Sequence record: NC_004629.1 | Direction: 5' to 3' (one strand) | Length of the DNA: 64,000 nucleotides | Part shown: in pieces, positions 17,633 to 26,832 of the stretch | Position numbering within the stretch: the stretch's first letter is position 1 | Layout: every line of letters begins with the position of its first letter | Notes under the pieces: model-generated | What the model was told of the DNA's origin: nothing | Seen by the model: only the letters and a program-made list of their open reading frames with translations | The model's database searches: none | Translations under genes and position numbers: made by a program

Positions 17633-18350
17633 ATTATCGATGCGTGTATTTTGTGCGGTATTTCTGATTAGTATCGGCATGTGTACTAAAGCTAGTGTTA
17701 ATTACGAACCACTTGCTTTTTATGGTGTACCACTATTCTACTCTAATCATACTCCGCGAATTGCTCCATGTAACTTCGACCAACAATCTGGACTTGGTAG
17801 TTGCGGATGGACTAGTTATCCAGAATATTCAGTTATTCCATTAGTTAAACCAAGTGATCCAACTAAACAGATTCTTGTTAATTATTCGATGTATCAAGAA
17901 GTCATCTGTAATGATGAACAATGCTTTACTTCTGATTATCATGAGCCGTATGGTTTACTTTCAGGATTTAAAGGCACCACATATTGGTCTGTGCCAACTG
18001 GTTATTATCTACTAAATGGACCCAATGGTGTACATGGTGTTAAGTTTGGTAACGGACCATTAAAAGATAATTATCCTATTCGTGATATTTACATGATAAA
18101 TAATGATAGAGATATTGATGGCGAATACCTCTCTCTAAAAAATACTAAGGGAATTTATAATGTGATGTGTAGTCCATTGACCCAGATGTGTAAATATTTG
18201 GGTAAAGAGTACACTCTATTGGAACTAAACCAATTGATTCCTTTTGTAAAGACTACCATTTGTGATGAATACCTTTGTTACATCGATAATAGTAAAGGCA
18301 AGGTTGCAGGCATAAATCCAAAACGAAAGGATATTTATGAGGGGTTATAA
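17613..18350 (+). CDS. Exported Cys-rich protein (signal peptide; likely start 17625)
   Basis: MFKLSMRVFCAVFLISIGMCTKA signal-like N-terminus; 8 mature Cys in four close pairs. Confidence 0.7.
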   Translation: MDALMFKLSMRVFCAVFLISIGMCTKASVNYEPLAFYGVPLFYSNHTPRIAPCNFDQQSGLGSCGWTSYPEYSVIPLVKPSDPTKQILVNYSMYQEVICNDEQCFTSDYHEPYGLLSGFKGTTYWSVPTGYYLLNGPNGVHGVKFGNGPLKDNYPIRDIYMINNDRDIDGEYLSLKNTKGIYNVMCSPLTQMCKYLGKEYTLLELNQLIPFVKTTICDEYLCYIDNSKGKVAGINPKRKDIYEGL

Positions 18351-18712
18351 TGAATATTACCAATATAAAGCTCATCCAAACGATGGATGATGTATTGAAG
18401 GAACTCACGAAATATCATGATAACCTCAAGCCTCATGTAGATATTAAAATAGAGGTTTCACCGTGGGGCGCTAAGTGTACACTCTTGTCTGAGGATACGG
18501 TTCGTAAGGTAGTTGTTGAAATCAATATAGATAAACCACTAAATATGTGCGTAACCTATTTCTTTGATGAGAAAGTGGTTACTAAGATTAACAAAGATAA
18601 TTCACATCACCATACTGAATTAGCTAAACAAATAAATACGTTCTTTTCGGATACAAGTATCCCAACACGAACATTCGATTACCATGGGTTCCTAGATTAT
18701 CTTGGATTCTAA
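18350..18712 (+). CDS. Hypothetical protein (120 aa), probable paralog of 19231-19605
   Basis: Shared DTVRKVVVEI/DSTRTVKLTV segment and C-terminal GFLDYLGF/GYLQWLGI. Confidence 0.7.
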   Translation: MNITNIKLIQTMDDVLKELTKYHDNLKPHVDIKIEVSPWGAKCTLLSEDTVRKVVVEINIDKPLNMCVTYFFDEKVVTKINKDNSHHHTELAKQINTFFSDTSIPTRTFDYHGFLDYLGF

Positions 18713-18724
18713 AAGGAGATTACA

Positions 18725-19081
18725 ATGGGTTCTCTAACTCTTGAAACAGGGCGACAGATTGAGCATTATTTGCTGAATGCTATTAGTACCCATATTAATG
18801 CATCCCAGATTGACGCTACATTACGTGAAACAGTTAATGTCATCGATAACCCTGTAACAAAACGATCTATCGCATATGTGGTTGAAAGGGGCAAGGATAT
18901 CCGCATTGCAGTTTATGATACTAGTAATGATCATCATGCCATGATATCTTATATTGAGTCTGGTGATAGTGAATTTAAAGTTCTTAATATGGCACAGGCT
19001 GTTCGGATAACCAAATTCTCATTGAATCAATTTGATGAAGCAGCAACATGTGCAGTAAACTGGCTTGCCGGGAATCCATAA
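18725..19081 (+). CDS. Hypothetical protein (118 aa)
   Basis: AAGGAG RBS. Confidence 0.75.
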   Translation: MGSLTLETGRQIEHYLLNAISTHINASQIDATLRETVNVIDNPVTKRSIAYVVERGKDIRIAVYDTSNDHHAMISYIESGDSEFKVLNMAQAVRITKFSLNQFDEAATCAVNWLAGNP

Positions 19082-19230
19082 TACGTCATTAATTAAAGTG
19101 TCACTACAGCTTAATACTCAATCTCAGTCTAAACACTGATCTGATTAGATTGAAGACTACTGAGTCAACCCACTATTACCTAATTCTAATTCGATATAGG
19201 TAAATTATAAATACTAAATCAGGTAATGTC

Positions 19231-19605
19231 ATGGATTCATTAAAAATACAAAACATTCTCTTATGCAATAAAGCATTCAAGGCGATTGTCGAACATCCAC
19301 TTCAGATTAAATCTGATAGGTCTACTAGTATTCAAGTATTAAATAATGAATTGAATTATGGGTTGACTTATATCTTTCATGATGCTGATTCCACTAGAAC
19401 TGTGAAATTAACAGTACGTTACGGTAATGTAGTAATCTCATTAGTGGATAGTAATAATAGATTAGAAAAAGAATTTACCTTTGATAATGAAACTAGTTAT
19501 CAATTAATGGGTAAAATAGTTTATTGTTATTTACGTAAAAATAAAGATGATTATTATCGTGGATTAAGTGATAGTGGATATTTACAATGGCTAGGGATTA
19601 CTTAA
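19231..19605 (+). CDS. Hypothetical protein (124 aa)
   Basis: AGGT RBS; similar to 18350-18712. Confidence 0.7.
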   Translation: MDSLKIQNILLCNKAFKAIVEHPLQIKSDRSTSIQVLNNELNYGLTYIFHDADSTRTVKLTVRYGNVVISLVDSNNRLEKEFTFDNETSYQLMGKIVYCYLRKNKDDYYRGLSDSGYLQWLGIT

Positions 19606-19606
19606 T

Positions 19607-19969
19607 ATGCTATTTAATAAAGTTATCCGATATTTTAAAAGAAGGCGGTGTAATACGTCTGAATTAATTGAGATTAATGAACTTATATTAAAAGCAGCTA
19701 GGCGACAGAATTATGATCTAGGCCATTTAATTAGTTATCTTGGTGATGGCAATGATCCAAAATTTATTGATTTTATAAAGAAAGAATATTCTGAGATACA
19801 CGCTTATTACAATTCCGTATTCAACCCAGCTGACTTCGGTAAAAACTATAAGACAAAGTTACATTCTGATCTATTAGAAGCTGAAACTAAATTAAATAAG
19901 TTTAAAGAATTATGTAAAAAACATAATATCGACTATTCACACATTGTTGAAGATGAAATACCTTTCTAG
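19607..19969 (+). CDS. Hypothetical helical protein (120 aa)
   Basis: Tightly coupled ORF. Confidence 0.65.
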   Translation: MLFNKVIRYFKRRRCNTSELIEINELILKAARRQNYDLGHLISYLGDGNDPKFIDFIKKEYSEIHAYYNSVFNPADFGKNYKTKLHSDLLEAETKLNKFKELCKKHNIDYSHIVEDEIPF

Positions 19970-19980
19970 GCGGAAATAAA

Positions 19981-20343
19981 ATGGAATTAATCAGTGTCAG
20001 CTCAATGGCATTATTCTTTGGTTTAATTGTAGCACACTTCATCTTTGATTTTTCATTGCAAAATGATTTTATTGCAAAGGCTAAAGATCATACCACTGAA
20101 CTAGGTTCTCTATATTGGAAATGGGTATTACCCGCGCATAGTTTTATGCATGGCGGTGCAGTTTATTTCATCACTGGTTCATTAGTTTTAGGACTTATTG
20201 AAACAATTGCTCATTGCATTATTGATTATTTAAAATGTGATAATAAAATTACATTTAATCAAGATCAGTGGTTACACATTGGTTTTAAACTGATGTATAC
20301 TTATCTAATTGTTTATGAAGTACCTTTTGTAATGTACGGCTAA
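19981..20343 (+). CDS. DUF3307-family membrane protein
   Basis: AHFIFDFSLQNDFIAKAK, HSFMH, ETIAHCIIDYLK, DQWLH motifs with hydrophobic helices. Confidence 0.8.
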   Translation: MELISVSSMALFFGLIVAHFIFDFSLQNDFIAKAKDHTTELGSLYWKWVLPAHSFMHGGAVYFITGSLVLGLIETIAHCIIDYLKCDNKITFNQDQWLHIGFKLMYTYLIVYEVPFVMYG

Positions 20344-20354
20344 AGTTATATATT

Positions 20355-20376
20355 ACCCTCTCCTTCGGGAGAGGGT
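20355..20376 (+). terminator. Intrinsic terminator (UUCG loop)
   Basis: ACCCTCTCC-TTCG-GGAGAGGGT then TTATGTTT. Confidence 0.85.
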
Positions 20377-20483
20377 TTATGTTTAATATTTTTTTTGTTA
20401 AGTTTTATTACCCAATCTGATAGGGCTATAATGGAGTTTAGTCTTGTGGAAGTTTATAAAACCCTATTGGGAAGAGAACTACA

Positions 20484-20972
20484 ATGGTTATTACACATCA
20501 AACTGTAGACCAGATAGATACACAAGTGAGTTTAGGTTTACCTATTGGTTACTATGGTGCTAATGATGATCTATCTACATTAATTAGGATGATTGGTGAT
20601 TGGAACATCAGACCCATTGAAGAGCGTAGGACACTAGGTACAGGTTATATTGTAGCTGTCCCATCGAATACTCGTACACGAGTGATTTACACTGCTGGTC
20701 GTAAGAAATGGCTAGAAGCATTAGATTTTAGCCCCGAATTAGCCGAGAAGTATATTCGTGCTTGTAGTGCAATAAAACGATGCTGGGACCACGATGTCGC
20801 AACCTTTGTCCTAACACATAATAAAATTAGCGACGAATTACTTAAAGAATTGATGAGTGTTGAGAATCCTAAAGCTGTACTCAATCACTATAAAATTCCT
20901 GTAAAGATTTCTAGAAATAGAATAATTGCAGCTTGTCAAATAATCTTCAATATTCGTGGACTAAAAGTCTAA
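20484..20972 (+). CDS. Hypothetical protein (162 aa)
   Basis: ORF between two terminators. Confidence 0.7.
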   Translation: MVITHQTVDQIDTQVSLGLPIGYYGANDDLSTLIRMIGDWNIRPIEERRTLGTGYIVAVPSNTRTRVIYTAGRKKWLEALDFSPELAEKYIRACSAIKRCWDHDVATFVLTHNKISDELLKELMSVENPKAVLNHYKIPVKISRNRIIAACQIIFNIRGLKV

Positions 20973-20983
20973 TACTTTTATAG

Positions 20984-21006
20984 GAGAGAACCATGATGGT
21001 TCTCTC
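20984..21006 (+). terminator. Intrinsic terminator
   Basis: GAGAGAACCA-TGA-TGGTTCTCTC then TTTT. Confidence 0.75.
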
Positions 21007-21062
21007 TTTTTGACGTAAGTGCATTATTGTTATGATAAGACTTTCGTACAAGGAAAACTACT

Positions 21063-21494
21063 ATGTTACTTTTTGTTGATACAGAATTTGATACGCCTAC
21101 TGGTACTCTTATTTCACTCGGTATTGTTAGTGAAGATCGACGTTGTGAATTCTACGAAGTTCTACCATATGACAATATTGAAGATGAATGGGTTAAAGAA
21201 AACGTTATTCCTATTCTTCAAAAAGAACCAATCTCTTTAGAAGAATTCCATGATAGACTAGCCAAGTTTCTTGGTCAGTTTGCTCGATTACATTTTATAG
21301 CTAATCATGTTAACGATATGGTTTACACTGGTAAAGCTATGGATATGGGTAAAGGTAAACAAGTTGTTGAGTTACCAACTATATTTGAATTAAATCATGA
21401 GCTAAGTGGAAAAGGTTCTAAAATGCTTCACAACGCACTATTTGATGCTCGTGCAACTCTAGATGACTGGGAGCGTTTAAATGGTGTGAACTAA
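21063..21494 (+). CDS. DEDDh 3'-5' exonuclease (Rv2179c/RNase AS-like)
   Basis: LFVDTEF (ExoI), LISLGIVSED, WVKENVIP, D in HVNDMV (ExoII), HNALFDAR (ExoIII). Confidence 0.8.
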   Translation: MLLFVDTEFDTPTGTLISLGIVSEDRRCEFYEVLPYDNIEDEWVKENVIPILQKEPISLEEFHDRLAKFLGQFARLHFIANHVNDMVYTGKAMDMGKGKQVVELPTIFELNHELSGKGSKMLHNALFDARATLDDWERLNGVN

Positions 21495-21513
21495 CCTTTT
21501 TGGGATAGCCATC

Positions 21514-22173
21514 ATGACTAACACCTTTGAGAAGATGTCAGGCGACAAATATAGAAAAAGTCGTCCAGAAATCGTACTGCGTTTGCTGATCGCAACCAGT
21601 TTTCCTCAATCCGTTTTAGCCGATTTGACTTTTGATATTACTAAGCAAGTTGGTATTACTGATAACGATGAATTAGAGAAGATTGCTAATGACATGCGTG
21701 ATGTTGAACGTAAGTTTGACATGACTGATTTCGTTAGATGTATTGATCTACGTCGTAATGGTAATGACGTAAATATAACTGTTAATTGTTGGGATTTTGA
21801 TCCACGTGCTAAAACTATCGAGGATCGTGCGGAGAACCATGAATTCCTGGCAAACAGTAATATTACCTTACATTCACCAGAAGCAGATTTTAATGATCCA
21901 CGTGAACTGGCTAGTAAATTAGTTGGACTATTTTTTCGTAGCAAGATAGGTCAAAAGCCATCAGCTAGTAATTTTACTAAGGGATGGAAAATTCTTAGTA
22001 AACCAATTAGTAAATCTAAAAATACAGGTGATATAGAATCAATCGATCTAGTTGATGCTATTGAACTAGTAGCTCAGAGTTTAGCTAAACGTAGGTTTAA
22101 CATTAAAATTACCACAAGCGCTATTTTATTACTTGATCAGAAAAGACGGTTATTTAATATAACGCGTGGTTAA
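21514..22173 (+). CDS. Hypothetical protein (219 aa)
   Basis: Last + strand ORF before the convergent terminator. Confidence 0.75.
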   Translation: MTNTFEKMSGDKYRKSRPEIVLRLLIATSFPQSVLADLTFDITKQVGITDNDELEKIANDMRDVERKFDMTDFVRCIDLRRNGNDVNITVNCWDFDPRAKTIEDRAENHEFLANSNITLHSPEADFNDPRELASKLVGLFFRSKIGQKPSASNFTKGWKILSKPISKSKNTGDIESIDLVDAIELVAQSLAKRRFNIKITTSAILLLDQKRRLFNITRG

Positions 22174-22184
22174 AACAACATAAT

Positions 22185-22205
22185 GCCCTCCCATTGCGGG
22201 AGGGC
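22185..22205. terminator. Terminator between convergent genes
   Basis: GCCCTCCC-ATTGC-GGGAGGGC; identical to 60647-60667. Confidence 0.8.
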
Positions 22206-22213
22206 TTATGCCG

Positions 22214-24163
22214 TTAAACTTTTACAAGTTTATCATTTTCTATTTTCCAATTAGCATGGAAAGAAATTGGTTGACCAGTGGTCTCATCAAGAATGTCACC
22301 AGTCTTTAACCTATTTTTAATAGCTCGGTTATTTCCAAAGAATGGAACTAGTTTAGCTACTGTTACATCAGCTAATCCTGGATCTTTCATTACATACCAG
22401 CCAGGTGTTGAAGCCAGTTCATCATACTGGACAACTTTAGAAGTATCTGCAAAGATAACAATATCACCATGTCGTCCGTTCTGGACACGTTGTGATAGTT
22501 TACCCCATGTGGAGTTATTATCATAAACATATACATTAGCTGTATTTAATGTCTCACCAAGGAATGTACGGCGTAATGCAGTCAATACTATTGGTTTTAT
22601 ATTAATGTTATTCTTATATGCATTCGCTACACGATACATATACTTGGTCATGCTAAGATTAATATATTCATAAATTTTAGCTTTACTTATCCCTTTATAA
22701 TCATCCCATGCCATTGTACCTATAAGGGATGCTTCATTATAAAGAGAAGCAGGTTTTGAACTAAGTACCACTTGATGCTGCATTGTGTAAGTATAAGGTA
22801 CACGTACGTTAATACGTATCTGATCATTATCATGGATTAAAAGAGTTGATCCATGAGTTATCAGATCCCACTGAGTAATGCCCTGACTAAATAAGAATGA
22901 TCCAACTAAATAGCCATTTATTTGAATATCGCCTAGATAATCCTGATGGTCAGTACCATTTGAGTAACCTAGATTAAGATCAAAATAACGCTTAGCTGTT
23001 AGTATCTGAGTAGTATCAATAGCTTGGCCATTATCACGTGCAACAAAGATACCATCATCTACACCAACTTGGAATCTAAATGAAATAGCATACGGTTTAT
23101 TAGGATTTTCAGATGTCGTACAAAGAAAATTGTAAATGTACTCGCCAGTATGATCGAAGGTAAATTCAGGAATATCTTCTTTGTTATACGCTGGGAAAGT
23201 AACAAGCTTAATCTCACTTTCACTTGAATCACCTTTGATAACAAAGTCAGTTACTTGACCATTACCAATAGATTTATTCATACCTGTAAACAAACCAGAT
23301 GATGCAGCTTTTGGTGACCAGCTTAGCATCTGATTTACAGTATATTGAACATCTGACCTATCAACAACACCAGAGAAATAAGAACCAAAATTAAAGGCTA
23401 GTCTATTAGCGGTAAATGCAAAACTACCATTATTTTCTTTAGCATCTTCAATATTAGTGTAATCTCTTGAAGCAGAATCAGTTATAACAAAGATACCATT
23501 ACCCGATTTACGCCAAGTAGCTAGATTATCAATAGTCGCCTGACTCACTCTTTCAGGAGTTAATGCACCAGTATTATGATCTTTAGTAGAGAATAGAATA
23601 CATGCATAATACTTATTAAGATCTGTTAAAGTAAGGTCTACTGTGCCACCCATCATTTCTGGGTAATAAACATCATAGGTAGAATCTTGTACACGAGCAG
23701 CCGTATCTAGTATCTTTTTAAAACCATTACCTGACGTATTGAGGACTGAATAAGGTTCACTAGGATTACTATCTGTGATTACTAAGAATTTCTTTCCAGT
23801 TGATTCGTACTTACTACCATTCCTAATAAACCCAATAGCATTATAAAAATATCTTACCCATCCCCATAGATCTTGAGGGTTTGTTGTATTAGCCGGAATT
23901 TGGTAAGTATCATAGTTTAAATTATAGAATTTTGGAAAACTACAATCATAAAGAACATTACCAGTGCCATCTTGCACAACAGCAATAAATGGACTACCAC
24001 CTGTTGCAGGGTCACCATCATAAGCAATGTATTCAGAGAGCACCGGAGGTAACTCCGGGCTCACTGTATAATACACCTTCTGAATATCTGAACTAAAGTT
24101 AAATTTAACTTTAGAGTTTAGTGCCACAGGACCCGGCACTTGCGACGGGACAATAGAAGGCAT
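22214..24163 (-). CDS. Probable virion structural protein (649 aa) with a central GATase-like alpha/beta domain
   Basis: Beta-rich, Gly/Thr/Asn-rich; the segment TLTDLNKYYACILFST..IDNLATWRKSGNGIFVITD..ANRLAFNFG resembles class I GATase-like scaffolds. Co-transcribed with the next two minus-strand genes. Confidence 0.55.
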   Translation of the reverse strand: MPSIVPSQVPGPVALNSKVKFNFSSDIQKVYYTVSPELPPVLSEYIAYDGDPATGGSPFIAVVQDGTGNVLYDCSFPKFYNLNYDTYQIPANTTNPQDLWGWVRYFYNAIGFIRNGSKYESTGKKFLVITDSNPSEPYSVLNTSGNGFKKILDTAARVQDSTYDVYYPEMMGGTVDLTLTDLNKYYACILFSTKDHNTGALTPERVSQATIDNLATWRKSGNGIFVITDSASRDYTNIEDAKENNGSFAFTANRLAFNFGSYFSGVVDRSDVQYTVNQMLSWSPKAASSGLFTGMNKSIGNGQVTDFVIKGDSSESEIKLVTFPAYNKEDIPEFTFDHTGEYIYNFLCTTSENPNKPYAISFRFQVGVDDGIFVARDNGQAIDTTQILTAKRYFDLNLGYSNGTDHQDYLGDIQINGYLVGSFLFSQGITQWDLITHGSTLLIHDNDQIRINVRVPYTYTMQHQVVLSSKPASLYNEASLIGTMAWDDYKGISKAKIYEYINLSMTKYMYRVANAYKNNINIKPIVLTALRRTFLGETLNTANVYVYDNNSTWGKLSQRVQNGRHGDIVIFADTSKVVQYDELASTPGWYVMKDPGLADVTVAKLVPFFGNNRAIKNRLKTGDILDETTGQPISFHANWKIENDKLVKV

Positions 24164-24173
24164 TTCTCACTCC

Positions 24174-24644
24174 TTACGGGGTATACACGGGAATATCAGC
24201 CGTCTTAATAGGTGAGTCAACTCGAATATAATAAGTGATTGGTACAGACAGGCTATACCCACGGATATTTAAAATCCCTGTAGATGAATCGAGATCCCAA
24301 CCAATACTAGCAGAAGCGCTAATAAGCTTACCACTAGTAGGACTAGTAGTTTCAGGGTCGATAATCTTGAGATCAACGATGGATGTAGCCAGAGTATAAT
24401 CACCCATAGAAGTAATAACTTTGGAAAGATCATAAGTAACTACATCTCCTGGGTTTAATGTACCAGTTTGAAATAGAATTGGTTTTAAACCAGTACTAGG
24501 ACCTGGACCAGGGCCACCACCAGATTCTAGGATGGTTGTTACTTTGTCAACCCACCTTAAAATCGCATTATACATTTCTTCACTGGTGGCTTCAGGCCCA
24601 AGAATAAGATCTTCACCAGTATTAGATGAATGTGGATCAGACAT
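24174..24644 (-). CDS. Probable tail-fibre/baseplate-type small virion protein (156 aa)
   Basis: GGGPGPGPSTG linker plus YDLSKV..VDLKIIDPETTSPTSGKLISA beta domain, reminiscent of phiKZ gp131-family C-termini (from memory). Confidence 0.5.
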   Translation of the reverse strand: MSDPHSSNTGEDLILGPEATSEEMYNAILRWVDKVTTILESGGGPGPGPSTGLKPILFQTGTLNPGDVVTYDLSKVITSMGDYTLATSIVDLKIIDPETTSPTSGKLISASASIGWDLDSSTGILNIRGYSLSVPITYYIRVDSPIKTADIPVYTP

Positions 24645-24655
24645 TTCTGTCTCCT

Positions 24656-26767
24656 TTAAAACCGCATATATGCGGGCTGATATGGTTTATACATACGTGT
24701 ATCAAAGTCATTAAAATCAATTGCGATATCATACTTCTCAAATGATTCTTTTAGCATCTGATAAATGATTTTATTTTCATCAAAATTATTATTTTTATCA
24801 ACATAACTTTCTAATGACTCTGTGATCTCAAATGGAGATTTAATACCCATAATAGCTTCAACCATTGCCTGACTCCATTTTAGAATGTCATCTGACCTTG
24901 TTGAGATATTCGGTTCATCTTCTGTATCGAGAGTACATTGATATACGACTGTTTGTGAATCCTGACCTTTACGGTAAATTCGAGCAATAGCTTGTTCTAG
25001 AATGTAATGCCTAAACGGTGAATTAATTGTCACCATAGTATCAGCCATCGTCATACGGACCGCTGTTGAAAGGGAAGCATATGTAGCTACCAATGGATTT
25101 AATTTAGGGTCTTTCTCAAATCTACTGATTATTTGAGGTAAATTGTCATTGGTTTTACCATACACCACCGCCGGATGCATACCTAATTTATTGGTGTACT
25201 TATCAACAGTATCAACAACCTCAACAAACGATGTAAATGCAATCGTTTTCTTCATAGTTGATTCAGTGATACCAACCCAGTCAATATACGGTACCATGTC
25301 CACATGGCACTGAATGCGTTTAGCACCTAAAACCCTTCCCAAACATTCACCTTGTATCTTTAGCATAACGTATTTTATAACTGATTTAATATCTCTAAAA
25401 GCAGCTATTTCATTACGAGGTAAAGTTGGCTCTATAAACATTTTTTCATATTGGTTAGATTCTTTAATTTCTTCACCAATGTATCGCGGGTCTTGATTCT
25501 TCTGAATTATTTTAATCAAATTCTTATAGCGAGCGAAACCATCTTTCTGCGCCTGGGTCTTAAGAGAGTTCTCGTGTATCGCCATTAGTTTAGCCCAATA
25601 CTTCTCATCTTCTGGTCGGCGCGCAGCATAGAACTTTACACGTTCTCTAATAAAAGCTTCACAATCACGTTTAATGGCATTAAGAGTATACTGTGATCCA
25701 TTTGGTATCTTGATACGATACGCTTTTATCCTCGGTGGTAAAACCTCAGTATCTTTCTTTTCAATGACGTACGCAATTAACCCAAAGCGATGTTGGACAA
25801 TATCTAATCCTTTCTGTGTCTCTTTTCCAAATGCTTTCTTAAAACGTTCTTCAACCTCATTGGTGAAGAGATCGTCTAATACTCTTAATGCACTTACTAA
25901 TTCAGAACCAAGTGCTTTAACAGGGGTACCTGACGCTAATAATCTGTTATTAGAGTTAGACATAAAACATATTTGCTGGAACTTAAGAGATTGTGCAGAA
26001 TTAGGATCGTTCATATTGTGTGATTCATCCAGAATCACCGTAATGTTCTTACCTTTGAATATACCGCTTCTTAATAGATCAATTATTTTATCTTGCGCCT
26101 GGTAATGGGATATAAGTATTCTTTGACCGTTGTAGGCTTTATCATCAATGGTCGACCATACTTTTTGTCTTTCCTTATACATCTCAATAATAGATGGCTT
26201 CCATATTAGATCAATAGACTTCTTTTCACAAACAACTATAATGATATCCGACTCAACCATTTCAGCAATAGCCATCGTCATGAATGTCTTACCAGTACCA
26301 GGTTTACCTGCAACAATATCACCACGTAAACCATACTGGTCAATTCGATAATTATAATTTTCAAAATAAGCTTTTTGAGACTCATCTGGTGTAAATGTCA
26401 ATTTGTCTAACATCTTGAAATTGAGTCTACCTGGTACAGAGTTGGTATCTACAGGACGAGTATTTTTTAACCAGGTATATTGAAGCATTGCTTCACGGAT
26501 GGCATTAACAGTTTTAATAGAGATGTATCTACTTCTATAATTCTTTACTGCTTCTAGCATGTAATATATTTCAGGAGCAAAGAATTTATAAAATGAAATA
26601 CTACGACGACTAACCGTGTTAAATAACTGCGTAGCTAATTTAGTGGTTCGCCAATACTTGTTAATATCTCTAATGAATGCAGCACCATCAAAACCACTGA
26701 TGATAATTTCTTGATCAGTTTCAGTAATTGATAGCGAGCCCATTAGCTTCCTAAATGAGTCTATCAT
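24656..26767 (-). CDS. SF2 (SNF2-like) helicase/ATPase (703 aa)
   Basis: GKPGTGKT Walker A, VILDESH motif II, ASGTP motif III, QAIARIYRKGQ motif VI. Confidence 0.88.
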   Translation of the reverse strand: MIDSFRKLMGSLSITETDQEIIISGFDGAAFIRDINKYWRTTKLATQLFNTVSRRSISFYKFFAPEIYYMLEAVKNYRSRYISIKTVNAIREAMLQYTWLKNTRPVDTNSVPGRLNFKMLDKLTFTPDESQKAYFENYNYRIDQYGLRGDIVAGKPGTGKTFMTMAIAEMVESDIIIVVCEKKSIDLIWKPSIIEMYKERQKVWSTIDDKAYNGQRILISHYQAQDKIIDLLRSGIFKGKNITVILDESHNMNDPNSAQSLKFQQICFMSNSNNRLLASGTPVKALGSELVSALRVLDDLFTNEVEERFKKAFGKETQKGLDIVQHRFGLIAYVIEKKDTEVLPPRIKAYRIKIPNGSQYTLNAIKRDCEAFIRERVKFYAARRPEDEKYWAKLMAIHENSLKTQAQKDGFARYKNLIKIIQKNQDPRYIGEEIKESNQYEKMFIEPTLPRNEIAAFRDIKSVIKYVMLKIQGECLGRVLGAKRIQCHVDMVPYIDWVGITESTMKKTIAFTSFVEVVDTVDKYTNKLGMHPAVVYGKTNDNLPQIISRFEKDPKLNPLVATYASLSTAVRMTMADTMVTINSPFRHYILEQAIARIYRKGQDSQTVVYQCTLDTEDEPNISTRSDDILKWSQAMVEAIMGIKSPFEITESLESYVDKNNNFDENKIIYQMLKESFEKYDIAIDFNDFDTRMYKPYQPAYMRF

Positions 26768-26832
26768 TGCATTTTTCCTTAAGGGGTATGTAAATATAAC
26801 TCTAAGTCATAAGATTAGCTAACGAATAAAAA

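Noticed and set aside
20349-20356. TATATTAC match as an early promoter
   Set aside because: It abuts and overlaps a terminator stem and lacks the class A or B upstream element.
22278-26351. + strand ORFs opposite the structural/helicase island
   Set aside because: Antisense shadows of long, motif-bearing minus-strand genes.
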